Source of the DNA: Thelocarpon superellum
Lineage: Eukaryota
Assembly: GCA_026025795.1 (NCBI GenBank)
Contig: JAPEUG010000076.1
Span: 1 to 54,735, forward strand
DNA: 54,735 nucleotides
Reading direction: 5' to 3'
The position numbers were made by a program, and so were the translations under genes. Below are positions 1 through 12,486 of the stretch, in pieces. Under the pieces are notes generated by a model, which worked only from the letters and a program-made list of their open reading frames with translations, did not search any database and was not told where the DNA came from. The stretch's first letter is position 1, and each line of letters opens with the position of its first letter.

Positions 1-540
1 GAGATGCGGCTCTCTGGATTGAATGGAGAGCTATCATATGTGGTATCGCCCCTCCACGGGCCGTGGCTAGCCACCCTACCGTCCGCCCTTCGTCCCACGC
101 CAGGCCAATCACCGCTCCATCAATCCCCCCACGAACGGTCGAGCTGACCTGCTCAGCACGCGTAATCGGAACCGCTCCCGGGGACCGCGAGTCGAGCTCC
201 CTGGGTTGTGTATCATTGCTTCGGGTGATCTCCTCTGCCATTCTGCATGGTCATCGCGGTGGACATCTGTGCCGATCCCGCACTAGATCACTTGGCGTCC
301 ACCATCACACGAGGCTGGGACATGGATGAACAACGCCCGGAACGGGTGGCCTGCGTTCCGATGCTTCCTAGTGTCGCCGGTCAACCGCCGACGGCGTGGA
401 TATCCATCAGGCTCCGATTTGGCCCCCAGAAGCTGTCCGTTCGAATTGTTAATGCTCGTATGCCCCCGCAGCTAGCATGGCAATTGCCCCTCTACCGTAT
501 CGTCAGCTGCCTGTCCGACGTCCTGTAGTCTGCAGACAGC

Positions 541-1501
541 ATGGCTACGATGGTGAGGTCTCGTCTCTTTCTGCTTCTCCTGCTCTCAACCTGGGCATCT
601 CACGGCTCTGCATATCTCTGCCTCGAGCCATTCTGTCAGGCCAATTGCCATGACGGGGCTTCGACTTGCGATCTTGATACCCAAGTGTGTCTCAACAACC
701 ACCTCGGCGGGTGTCTCGACATTGTATTCGTCACCTCGACCGTCGTCTCACAAAGCGTCCTCGGCACCACAACTCTCGAATCGACCGTGTGTTGCGAGAC
801 GGACGTTGTGACAAGCACCGAGGTGGTGACCGTCACCAACGGCCCGCAGACCATCACCGTCTTTGTCACCAGCATCGTATCCGAGGTACCCACCCCGTTC
901 CTCACCAGAGCTTTGCAATCCACTCATCGTCTCTCTCTCTCTGTGTATAATACAGACCACCACATCCACGATCCAAGAAAAGCGCCTAGTCAAACGGCGC
1001 AACACGCCGACCTCGACCGTGTACACGACGTCAATCCAAGACATACTCAGTACAGAATACGACACAGTGACGCAAACCACGACGTCGGTGGAATACGAGA
1101 CGTCGACGACAGACGCAGGCGGCGGGGACGTCACCGTGACATCGACCGTGGTGTCGACAGACGTCGCTACAGACCTCGTCACCTCCTCTTCCTCTTCGAG
1201 CGACTCGGGCACCACCACAACCGCCGCTGCCACCGCTGCTGCGGTCGTAACCACTCGTCAGGGTGGTACCACGTCCGGTGCGGCCGGTGCAGGCACGACC
1301 ACAAGTACCGCAACAGTGGGTGCAAGTGGAGGAGGAGAAGGAGGGGGAGGAGGGCCGCAGACAGTGACGGTGACGTCGACCTCGCAATTAACGACAACGT
1401 CGTCGTCGTCGTCTTCGAACGCAGCGTTTGCTGAAACAAGGGCCGAGTCGTGGTATTTGCGTGGCTGGATGGTGGTTGGTGCTATGCTGATCGTCGTGTG
1501 A
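541..1501 (+). CDS. Secreted, probably GPI-anchored Ser/Thr-rich cell-surface protein with a small Cys-rich N-terminal domain
   Basis: Signal peptide (RLFLLLLLSTWASHGSA) followed by a Cys-rich segment. A phase-0 GT-AG intron at 886-955 joins ORF 541 to ORF 863..1501. Long S/T-rich stalk and hydrophobic C-terminus (WMVVGAMLIVV*). Confidence 0.8.
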
Positions 1502-1919
1502 GACGGGGAGGGCAGAGAGAACGGATATCTATTCATTTGTGCATGAGCGTGAGCATGAACATGAACATGGATATCATCACCACGACTAATACGCAATGAC
1601 CCACCAACTCCTCCTTTTTACGTTTCATCTTCTCATCATGAGGCGTATACGCGCCGTCATCAATTAACCCATAAGATTACTACGCGCAATAATAACAGGA
1701 AAAACATCTCTCGTCTCTTGCCATCTCTTCTCTTCTCTTCTCCACTCTTCCCTTCTCATCTAGAGCAGTCTCGGTCTTTTCACTTATTTTCAGAATTATA
1801 TCCCTCCCTCTCCCTCCCTCGTCGCCTCCCTATCCCTTCCTGCCTTTCCACTCCTCGACCAAGAGAAGGAAAGAGGGAGAAAGAAAAGAGGATACACTCG
1901 AGGGTGTGAGAACACCCCC

Positions 1920-3997
1920 TCAGATCTTCTCAGACTCAATAATGGCCTTCTCGTCAAACGAATCCATATCATCGCGTGGCACGAGGCTAAGGCCACAGCT
2001 GGCACGACGAGTGGAGACAGTGTCGCGAGGCAGGCCCGTTTCGGGATCGATGACGGAGGCGCCGCGCGCGGCGGCTTGCACCAGGTCCGGGTTCTCTTCC
2101 TTGAGCCGGGCAAAGTTCTTCTCGGCCTCCCAGGTCCAGATCGAGTCGGATGCGAACAACAAGTCCATCTCCTCGAGCGTACGCTGGTTCGACTCCGGGT
2201 ACAGCGCCCATACCATCGGGATCGTGATCACGTTACATGCTCCGAAGATGTAGAGCGTGCTTGGTCCCAGCGCCTTGAACATTACTGGGCAGAGAAGAGT
2301 CTGGGGAGGTGGTTAGGAGAGTAACGGTCATGGGGGAAAGGACGCGCTTACCAGCCAGCCATTGCCGATGCTCCAGCCCACCACACCCCACGCGTTCCCC
2401 TTGGCCCGAACCTCCAGGGGGAAGATTTCGGCCGGGTAGAGCCACGGCACCGTCAACCAGGTGGCACCAAAGGCAAAGGTGAAGAGGAAGACCATGGCGG
2501 CGCAAGCCGAGCCGGCCGCCGTTGCTCGGGCCGGGTCGATGTCCTTGGAATCCTTGGCGATCGTCGCCAGGCCACCGGCGAGAAACATGAAGATCCCTTG
2601 CAGCACGGATCCATAGTAGAGCGTCCATCGACGGCCGATCCGATCGAGAGTAAAGACACAAATCAGGGTGGAAAACTGCAAGATCTTAGTTCGTATCTCG
2701 GCGCTTCCGGGCCAGAAGACAACGCACCAGGTAAAAGATCTCGTTCAGTCCACTAATCCAGCCAACCTTATGAGCATCAAAACCAGCCAGGGAGAAGATA
2801 GTCGGCGCATCTGTAGTCAAAGTCAGACCCGCTCCTGAAAGTGCTTTCGAGGCATGTTGAGAGACTTACAGATCGTCACACCAGCGATGCCAATCCACTC
2901 TTGCATGATCTGAAGCCAGATGACCAACTGCACGCGACGGCCCGTGTGAAGCTTGCCCGAGCCGATGCCAAAGAACATGGCCCAATAGGAGTTGCGGCTC
3001 GACGTCTTCTTCTCAAGTGCCACCACATTACGGATATCCTGAAATTCCGCCTCCGCCTTACCAGTGTCCTCGCCCGTCTCGCCTCGGAGTCGGCCAAGGA
3101 TGTAGCGGGCCTCATCTTCACGACCAACCTTGGTGAGCCAGCGAGGGGACTCGGGAAAGAACCAGACGATGACGAAGAGGAAGAGCAGGGGGATGATCTG
3201 GAAGGCGATGGGGAACCGCCAGGTGATTGCTCCTTCGCCTCGACCAATCTGCGCCATTCCGCTGTGAAACGTTAGTGGCAGTCAAGATGCACAGCGAACG
3301 GGATCCTTACAATTCCAGCCAGTAGGCAACAACGACGCCGAAGATGTTCAATGTGAATTCAATTGCAATGAACTGACCACGCGACGTATGTTCCGAGGTT
3401 TCCGTCGCCTAGATCGCATGAGCCTCCGTGTCCTCGCCACCAATGGGGCATGGCTTACCCAGACAGGTACGATCGCGTTCAAGATGCCCGTTCCAAACCC
3501 ATTGACGAGACGTGCTACGCCCATCAGCACCACTCACTACCACTGAAGGCGGAAACTTACCGCAAATCATCCATTCCTTATTCATGGCCGAGGTCTGCAG
3601 GGCCGCACCAAGCACGGCCCAGACGGCGCCGAGAGCGATGGTCTTGATCCGACCAACTTTATCTCCCACCCAGCCGCCAAACATGCAGCCGATGAGTGTT
3701 CCCAGGTAATAGATGGCAATCTGTGGGTCATTAGCCACCGCGAAGGCAGGACACTGCGGTTGTTCATACGATGCCGCCTTGCAAGGTGGTCTTATCGATG
3801 GTGACTGTGCCATGGCGATCGACCGTGCCAAACTTCATGGTGTTTTCCACGTAATCTTTGGCCGTGTTGACACCCGCCATCATACCCTGGTCGTAGCCGA
3901 AGAAGAAGATGGCCAAGCTGGCGACGCAGTTGATGGCGATGAGCAAGCCTCGCTTCTCAAACCTGTGCACCACGTTCCATTTCGAAATGCGGTCCAT
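1920..3997 (-). CDS. MFS sugar/polyol:H+ symporter (sugar porter family, STL1-like), multi-exon
   Basis: Sugar-porter motifs FGYDQG, GDKVGR, WRFPIAFQ, PESPRWL, DRIGRR, PWLYPAEI and YPES. Introns include 3721-3769, 3515-3560 and 3409-3458. Confidence 0.93.
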
Positions 3998-6563
3998 GAT
4001 AACCGTTCGATCCGCCCGTCGGCCGAGGACTGGTCAACGTGATGAAGACGGCGCCAATGCCTGATAGAAAGATGAACCCCACCGAGCGATTCCGAGGGGG
4101 AGTTGGTTCAGAATGAACAGTGAAATCAAGGTGAAAGAAGTCCCGGCAAAGTCATTGGCGCAATGGGCGTGAGCAGTCATTATATTCTGGGGGACCGTGA
4201 CGCCCCAGTGGAATAACGTTAGGCTTCAGACAAACGAGAGGAGCGTGTGCGATACTGGGATCACTAGCTCTCGCTGCTGTAATAAGAGAGGGTCCGCGTG
4301 TATTGTGCCAGTCTTGGCCGCATGTGGAGAAATAGTGGAGGTCGTTGGAGTCGCAGACCCCACCGATGTTGGAGGAATCGCGCGGATAGACGATGGATGC
4401 GTCATGGTCCGAGTGTCGCGCCAGCGCCAATCTCGACATGGTCTCGTGCTCCCCGCGTGCCTGTGATGTGGTCGCGGTCGCAGATGATCAGAACCAGACT
4501 GGCCGCAGCGATGGGCTGACGGCTGTGACCGAGCTCATGGCTCGGTGCGATACGAAGAGCTCCTTTCAGGGGTCGTTGGCGGTGCAAATGCACCCAATGG
4601 ACGCGATGGCCGTGGCCGGCTTTCCTCCAGAGAACCATGGCGTGATGGCGGGCCGGGCGTGAGAAGGATGGGGGAAGTACTGGTGAGAGGACGAGAGGGT
4701 GAGAGGGCGAAAGTAGCGGAAGCGCGCCACTCGTCGTCTACCTTCCCTTCAAGAGCCCAAGCGATTCCTTCATGTCCAGTGTGTGGCTCGGTGCTCGCGA
4801 AAAGCGAGAAAATCGTGGGTTAGTGGGGTCGTGGACATTATGGGCCGCTTGGTGTGGACCCCGCGCGCCGCCCACGTCATCCCGCTTGGGGATCTCCCGT
4901 GGTGCCAGGCCCCTCCCTCCGACAGGCAGGACGGGGAGCCCTCCAGGGTAAGCGACTGTGTCGAAATTGCTCCTCCCGTCACCAACCAACTCCCGTACCA
5001 AGATGCTGCGCGCAAGCGATCCTCGCGACTTTTTAAAGTCCCGCTTATCGCACCTAGCAAAGTCCGATGCCTTACTGTGTCCCTTGTTCTCTTTCTCGTT
5101 GTGCACAAAGTCGTTGGGGCAGCGGAGCCGTGCGTGAATCCATCGAATCGTCCGCAGACCATCGCGCGCCACAAGTACGCGCCTAGCTGCCCCAGCGAGA
5201 GGTTGAAGCGAAGATGACGTGGCAAGGACATGGCGTCAGCACTGGCTCTCGCGGTTGACATAGAAGACATGGAAAATTCTTGGGCAGGTCAAGCCTCATC
5301 CACGTCCTGAATACTTCTTGAAGCACCCCGCCTGAGTCGGCGCTGATGGCAGTTGACCAGGTTCCATCCAATGATGCGTAGGTACTGGTAGGTTCCGATT
5401 TCGCACCCAGCATTCTCACCTAGTCTGTAGCCGTAATGATCTGACAACTCGCCCGTACCAACGGTTTAATCCCCGTCGATATCAGAGCGATGGCTCGAGC
5501 CAGCCGAGACCTAGGTACAGTTTCTTATACTAGATGCTAGCAGCAAACACTTGTGCAAGTTTCACTCGCATACCGTGGTCATGCGAGCCCGCCTAACGGT
5601 AGCGGGCAGCGAGGGAAAGCGCTCGCGAGGCCCTTCGTCTCCGGAGGATTTGGGTGCATCTGGCCTGGGGGAATTGTGAGATTGACTGCCATCGTCCAAC
5701 CGTCATCCGTAACCGCGCTGTGGGGCGGATGGGCGGTTGTTCCAGGTTCGGGATTGCTTAGCAGCAGAGGATCAATAACAATGCAGCTGAACATTATTCC
5801 GGCCGCCATCCTGGCACCTTTCCGGTACCCGCTTGACCCGATGAGGTGGGTCCCACCACGAGTTTCATACGGATGTGGCCGGGCGAGAGCGACGCATATA
5901 TGTCCAATCGCCTCCAGTGTTGGTGGGTGCAGAGTGGGACTTCCAGCCCGGTCGCTGACGTGGACTTCTGGGCATCCTCAATCCTCAATCCTCCAGTAGC
6001 TATTATCGACTGTCCGCAATTCTCGATCCCAGTTATGTGGGCTGATCAACGCGAGTCGAGATATTAAGTCGCCGTGCATAAGTGCCATCTCACCTCCACG
6101 GGGCTTGGTGGGCACCAGCGCCGCAGCAGACGGCCCATCGCGCGTCGCGCCCGGCACATGTGCGCGTTACGTGTCAGCACTAGACTCGCTTGGGAAGGCC
6201 GTTGGCCCCGCCTCCTCCCCCAATGAGTCCCTTCAGCCTTTCGTGGGGCAATCCCCGTCGTGGCCGCAGCTGCAACACCTCGTTTCATTACGGAGTGGAG
6301 ATTCGTCTGACAGACGCTCCGTGACTAACTCACGGCCGACAAAGAGGATAGGGTGTTTCAGCTTGTTCACGGGCCAGATGCCGTCGTTACGCGGGCCTCT
6401 CAATGCCGTCTATGCCATGCACAGCTATTCAGTATCTGACCGTAATGTCGAATACCTCGGGAAGGAAGATCGTGGATCGTCGCTTCAAGTATTCAAACCA
6501 GCGGACATGGAAGCCCGAGCAGCGGACAGCCTACGATGCGCCTGAGTGTGCGGAATGATTCCG

Positions 6564-8127
6564 TCATTCGATCAAGTCGGGGATGTCGTCGACTTTCGCA
6601 GTGCCCTCGAGGATCCCTGGAAGCGGGAGCTGTGTGAGCAGAGAAGCGGCCCACATCCGATGGCATGGAGGCAACTTACGAAAGACCGCGGTGAAGAGAG
6701 GGAATTCGTTCTCCCGGCCCATGGTCTTCAAAAAGCCATTGACCTCTTTCGCTGTGAGCGTGCCTTGCAGTTTCTGCCCGTTCAGTTCCTGTCGTTCCAC
6801 CTCGTCGATGCTCACGCCCCGTTGGATGGCAAGCTTGGCACACCGATGGTTGCGACCACCGGAGCAGCTGGTGATCAGATCCGCCACCCCACAGCTCTCC
6901 TCGGTGAAGGTGCCGGCATGTACCGAGGAGAAGAATTGCTTGCCGAACTTGACCATCTCCAGCAGGCCCACCCGCATCACAGCCGCCTTGGCATTATCGC
7001 CCCACCCGCGGCCATCGACGAAGCCCGCTGCTAGAGCGACGATGTTTTTCAGCGCGCCACTAATCGACACGCCCGCCACGTCCGACACCATGCGGACGTG
7101 GAAGTAGGGCCGGTGGAAGAGCGTCTTCAGCAGAGCATGGTCTAGCGGAGGATACTCCGACGGCAGCGCGTGCAGCTTGACCTTTGTCGACGCCACGGGC
7201 GAGTCTTTCGCCGTCATCTGCGTGAGATCGAGGTGCGACGAGGTTGGTGTCGGGCCTCGCGGCGTCGGCGTCCGAGAGTCCAGGGCGGGCGGGTCGTAGG
7301 CAATCGTGGTCTCGGAGAACTTCTCTTGTGCCACCTCCGTGGCGATGTTGGCGCCGGAAAGCGCACCGCAGTAGATGCCCAGCTTCGAGCTGATGGACTC
7401 GGAGAAGAGGCTGACACGGTCATTCGACACGTTCACGCCCTTGATGCAGGACACGCCGCGCGCATAGGGAAGGATATGTCCGCGGAGCTGGTCACAGATG
7501 CCCCCGATAAACTGATGTGGCAGATTAAAGACCAGAATGCTCGAGTCCTTGACGGCATCCTGGAGCGAGGGGTTGGCAATGAGATTGGGAGGCAGGTCGA
7601 TGTCCGGGAGGTATTTGACATTTTCGTGGAAGTGGTTGATGAGCTCCGTTAGCTTTTGGGGCTTGGTGCTCAGCTCCGACGATGCATCGTAGCGTTTCGA
7701 GCTCGGCGAGAGGGTGATGGTCTCCTCAAAGACCCACATCTGCACCTGCGGCTCGAAGAGGTCTCCGTGTTCCCGGACATTCTCTGCCACCATCTTGGCA
7801 ATGGCCGATCCCCTACCACTCGTCATCAGCCCTGGTCTCACTGACCCTCACACCACTCCGTGCTGGAAGGAGAGCCACCCACCAATTCCCCGAACCCACA
7901 ATCGCCACCTTGTGCTTTCGCTGGGCGGCCCCCAAGGTCGCCATGCTGGGCCGAGAAGCTACGGAGGCGCTGAAGCGCGCGGGGGTCGCAGCGTGGTGCG
8001 GACAGGTTCCGAGACCGTGCGACAAGAGAGCTAAGCGGGCGCGAGGGCTGCTGGTGGCGCTGGCGGAGGGACGAGGGAGCATGAACTGAGGATGTTCTGT
8101 CATGGAGGACCCCAACCGGTCAGCCAT
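6564..8127 (-). CDS. gpd1: NAD-dependent glycerol-3-phosphate dehydrogenase (Gpd1/GfdA); alternative in-frame starts at 8127, 8082 and 7944
   Basis: [52 protein letters not shown] and GQKLQG motifs. Introns at 7813-7882 and 6617-6679. Confidence 0.96.
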
Positions 8128-8593
8128 CGTTGCCGAGCAGAGGGGTGCGACTACGGGGGCCGGGAGAAATAATTGAGGAATGGGCTGCTAGGGATGCACC
8201 CGTCGAGCGTACAGAAGCCTGTCTCGCGAGAGTCGTCAAAATGTCTCCCATACCGTTCACGGCCCTTCCTCGGGCGATCCTCGGCCGGAGCTTCTCTCAA
8301 CGAGAAAATCCTGATTCCACGGAGTGCAGGGACCATGGGCTCACATGCACGACGGACGTTCAGCGATACAGGCGAGATCCGGCACCTCGGAAGATAATCG
8401 GAGGAGCTCCTACGGTCGCTTAAGTAAGCGAGTTGTCTGGGGGCTCCCTTCAATGGATCTGGGCGGCACCACGTCCCCTCGGCGCTGCCAATGAAAGCAG
8501 TTCGCCGTAGTCCTCAAGCCAGTCGTGTGGTCTGGTGGATGTTATGATACACAGAGCAGAGCGGAGAGTCAACCCGCGTGAAATATACGGAGA

Positions 8594-9706
8594 TCAGACA
8601 TCGTCCCCCACCGAACGCTCTCCATCTCCGAAACGAAGCTTGAAGAAATCATCATAACTCCGCCACAGCGTGCGGAAAGTGAGGCCACTGAGCGCAGCGA
8701 GCCATGGCGGAACACGTCCCTGTTTATCGGCAAAGAGCCGACTGAGAGAAAAGACGCTCATCAAGATGGGGTACCAAATCGTGGTGAAGATCCATTTGCC
8801 ACGTTGTTGTCGCGCCTCGGTGATGGTGTAGGGTCGGATACCCCGTAGATAGGACGTATAGTCGGCCGGGAGATGATGCTCGCCGGCGCCATCCAACAGA
8901 AGCTGCCGGTATCGTGCCGACGGTTGCGCATAGTCAGGATCCGGTCGACAGATGCGACTGCGCGAATGGGCATCCTCAGAGAGGTCCCCAACGTTGGCGG
9001 GCGCATACAGCGTGTGCGCTTTGAATGGTGGCGTGGTCGGCTCCAGGGGCACCGTATCGGACGCGGAGAGTGGATGACAGACCACGAGAATATCCTGGTA
9101 CGAGGCGCCCCCACCCTCGGTGCGAATGATGGTGGCATAGTCCTTTAAGCTCACCTCGTACACCACCCCCACCAACCCCTTCTTCCAGCGATTCTTGTGA
9201 TATGGTAGTCGACATCCATAGGGAAGAAGGGGCAGCTTTTCGTGATCCGAGTCAGGCTCGAAAGCGCCGTCATGGTCGGTACGAGTCCGATACCGCACGT
9301 TGGCGAAGCACGGCTCGCGGTACGGGATCCCAGGCAGGTCAAAGCTCAGCTGGATCTCCGGGACCACGACGTTGACTTGGGCCACGGGCTTGATGCCCCG
9401 CACGCCTTTGAACGTTTCCGCGCATAGGTTCGAGCCGTACGCGAGGTACAGGACGGTCGAGCTTGGCTGACTCGTGATAGGGCTGCGCACACCCACGTTT
9501 TCGACGAATGTGTTGATATCGAAGGCGGTCTCACCGAGTGACTGAACACGTCGCTCTTCTGAAACGGTCGGAATAGAGGAAGGAGCAGCTTTCGATTCCG
9601 CCGGACGCTCCCGTTCAATGTCGCGGACTTCTTGCACCACAGTAGCCGTCTCGTCGGTGAGGGACCATGTCCGATGAGATCTCATCGTGCCGTCAGGAGA
9701 GGTCAT
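8594..9706 (-). CDS. Gamma-glutamylcyclotransferase-fold protein (GliK-like); start uncertain
   Basis: YLAYGSNL motif, LSFDLPGIPYREPCFAN, GVVYEV, TEGGGASY and QPSARY, plus a hydrophobic C-terminal segment typical of fungal GliK-like proteins. Confidence 0.82.
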   Translation of the reverse strand: MTSPDGTMRSHRTWSLTDETATVVQEVRDIERERPAESKAAPSSIPTVSEERRVQSLGETAFDINTFVENVGVRSPITSQPSSTVLYLAYGSNLCAETFKGVRGIKPVAQVNVVVPEIQLSFDLPGIPYREPCFANVRYRTRTDHDGAFEPDSDHEKLPLLPYGCRLPYHKNRWKKGLVGVVYEVSLKDYATIIRTEGGGASYQDILVVCHPLSASDTVPLEPTTPPFKAHTLYAPANVGDLSEDAHSRSRICRPDPDYAQPSARYRQLLLDGAGEHHLPADYTSYLRGIRPYTITEARQQRGKWIFTTIWYPILMSVFSLSRLFADKQGRVPPWLAALSGLTFRTLWRSYDDFFKLRFGDGERSVGDDV

Positions 9707-10100
9707 TTCGGCAGTCAAGCGCAAGGAAACTGCATCTTCGAGTGGAACAACACTGATAGGTATCTCAGGACAAGGAGATGTCAGCGCGTCTTACGGTCAA
9801 TACGAGAAAGACATTATGGTATGGTAGATCTCGGGTCGATAGTTTCAATCCTTGCTTATGGTTGCTCTCCGGAGGTCGGCGCAACCGTAACTCCGGGCAC
9901 GAGGCGCTAGGCCAACTCTAGCTCCCGAACCGCTCTCACCATTATTGCCAAAGAAACGCGTGTTGACTTCTCCTCTGTCGGCCAGCCCTAGCGATCTTAT
10001 GTAACTTATGACTCCGTGGTCAGCCGAGTCATGGTCGGGACAGACGCGCTGATCAACGGTCTCTAGTCCGCACAACGATGAACCACCCCAAGTCCCGACA

Positions 10101-11140
10101 TCATGAGCCGAATGTCTGTCCTCCTCCCTCGATAAACGTCTTTTCTTCCGGCGTCCATTGCCGACCCAGTGGGTCATTCCGATGAGGATACCGACCGAAT
10201 TGGTCTATAATCTTTCGGTGCTGTGCCTCGAAATCCATAAAGTGATGGACTGCGGTCACCGCTGCGGCGTCACCCTGGGCCTCCACATCCGGAAGCATCG
10301 AAGACGAGGTGAGTTGTTGTAGTAGGACGTGGTACGAGCGACACTCGGAGTGCTCCAGAGGTAAGTAGAACCACTGCCGGTACACCGGCCGGAAGCGCAC
10401 GCTGGGGTGCAGGTCGAGTCTTCGTGCCAGGCCCAAGGCTAAGCCAGGATCTTTGTCACCGATCTTGGGCATCAGGTGCTCGTCCACGATGCAGAGCGAC
10501 AGAGCCAGCGAGAGTCGGTCATAGTGCGAGAAGACTTGAGATGCTGCCGGGCCTCGAAAGATGTTTCGAGGGAGCTGGTCGAGCAGAATGAACATCGCCA
10601 TGGCCGTCTTGGCTGTTGTCTCGCTCGCCGTTCCGTTGGCTTCGGCGGAAATAATCTGGGACAGGAAGGGCGCGGCCAACCCAGCTGCATTGTCTCTCTC
10701 AACTTCGTGTGATGTAAACGGAGGTAGAACCAAGGCGTCCGGCCCGATCGACTGCAGCACACTACCAAAACTCTGCCTGCGTGCAACTGTCAGGGCCGGT
10801 TTGGTGCTCTACTGAAGGTGTTCACGAACCTGCATTCCTCATCAAAGGCCTCCCTCGCGGCTGGGCCGCTTAACCCATACCATCGCTTTTCCACGTCGTT
10901 TGGAGGCACGGTGGCATCTTCGGGTACTCCGGAAAACCAGATCTGGTTGATGCGCGAGTAAAGGATGGGATTGAAGAGAGTCTCGTTTAAACGGAACGCT
11001 GACGTCGCCATAGCTGCGGCGTGGATCGAGCGGAGATGCGGCTTGGAGAAAGGAGAGGCCCTGGGCAAGCGGGATACGGCGCTGGAACAACAAAGGGTGG
11101 ATAGCAAACTCGACTGGACGCCAACTCCCCGGGCGAGCAT
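10101..11140 (-). CDS. DUF924 family protein (two exons; second in-frame ATG at 11011)
   Basis: ILLDQLPRNIFRG, FYLPLEHSE and IIDQFGRYPHRNDPLGR motifs. Intron at about 10770-10829. Confidence 0.88.
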
Positions 11141-11783
11141 GTCGAAAAACGGTTGGAGTCCGGTCAAGCCAGTGCAGCTTCTCAAAGCACGTGGACCCTT
11201 TTGAGTGCGCCTGCCAAGCACTTGGCACCCGTGCGGAGGGTGCTTGCCCGCCGGAGGTTAGCCATCCGTCCACCGCTTGTCAGCAGAAGTCGTATGTGAA
11301 GTCGTGTTATCTCCGGTAGCATCCACCCATTGCTGCCGAAGTACTCCCTCCGATAGGGGTGTCATGACGATGACTACTTACTACTGTCTTGCATGCACGT
11401 TCAAGATGGAGTGACGCTAGACGGCTTGTCTGGAGTGTGTTTCGCCCATCCGTTAGGTAACAGCAAGGCTTCATGAGAGGCCGTATGAAAGGCGAATTGA
11501 TCAGCCACCCGAGGCAAATCGCCAGCACGTTGCGTAGCTTCCCTAGTGCAACCATCGGGAGGCTTGGCCGTACGGTATGTAATAGTTACGGCCCAGCCGC
11601 CACAATGCCCAGGCGTTACACCGCCGCATCGTGTATAGAACGGCGCAAGATAGGCCAGTTGCCAGGAGGCGTTGACAACTCCCTTCCTCGTCCACGAGAT
11701 TGGCCTACGCGGCACCTCCATTCGCCGACTTCTTACGTTCGATCCCTGTCGGCGCTCCCAGACAGACTAAGCCACTTCAAGAG

Positions 11784-12486
11784 ATGGGAATTCGCCTGGA
11801 GTTCGGGGAGGAAAGCGACCTTGCGCCGGCGTGGGAGATCATGAAGGCAGCATTTGAAAGTGATCCAATCAACCTTGTGCTGTATCCTCATGGTCGAACG
11901 GCCGAGAACGATGAGAAAACGCTGGATGACTGGCGCAAAGAGATCGAGTCCGAGCCGTACCATCGCTTCGTGAAGGCCGTGGATGATGAGACTGGGGAAA
12001 TGATGGGCTGGGCCAAATGGTACCTCTACCTGACCGAGAGGGCCGAGTCGGAGTGGAATCCGCCCTCGACCGACAAGTCCCCAGCGGAGCCGAGCAATTT
12101 TGCCTCGATATTCTTCGGCATGCTGGCGGAAAAGCGGAAGAAGATCTTCGCGGGAAACCCATATTGCTGTAGGTAATTCCTTCCGGGTGAAGGTGGCACT
12201 TCGGCCTCGCGCTGACGCTTGGTGGATTGAAGTTCTCAAGATTCTCGTCACCCACCCGACGCATCAGAGAAAGGGCGCTGGCTACGCACTCACCAAATGG
12301 GGATGCAATGTGGCGATCGAAAAAGGGCTACCTATGTACGTGGAGGCGTCCAACATGGGCCATCCGCTCTATCGACGCTGTGGGTTCGAGGACCTGGAGA
12401 AGCTTACATATGATCTCCGGCCTTATGGCGGGAAAGTTAGCTCGTTCACCCTGATGATCGGCCAGCCGACGGGTGTAGATCCGTGA
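11784..12486 (+). CDS. GNAT family N-acetyltransferase
   Basis: Acetyl-CoA motif A (LVTHPTHQRKGAG) and YVEAS...LYRRCGF. Intron 12169-12232 restores the frame. Confidence 0.9.

Noticed and set aside
886..1434. Arg/His-rich C-terminal half of ORF 541..1434
   Set aside because: It results from reading through intron 886-955. The spliced frame gives a coherent S/T-rich GPI protein.
6531..6566. Stop-codon readthrough of Gpd (TGA CGG) to a peroxisomal signal
   Set aside because: The extension would end in ...SGAS*, which is not a PTS1.
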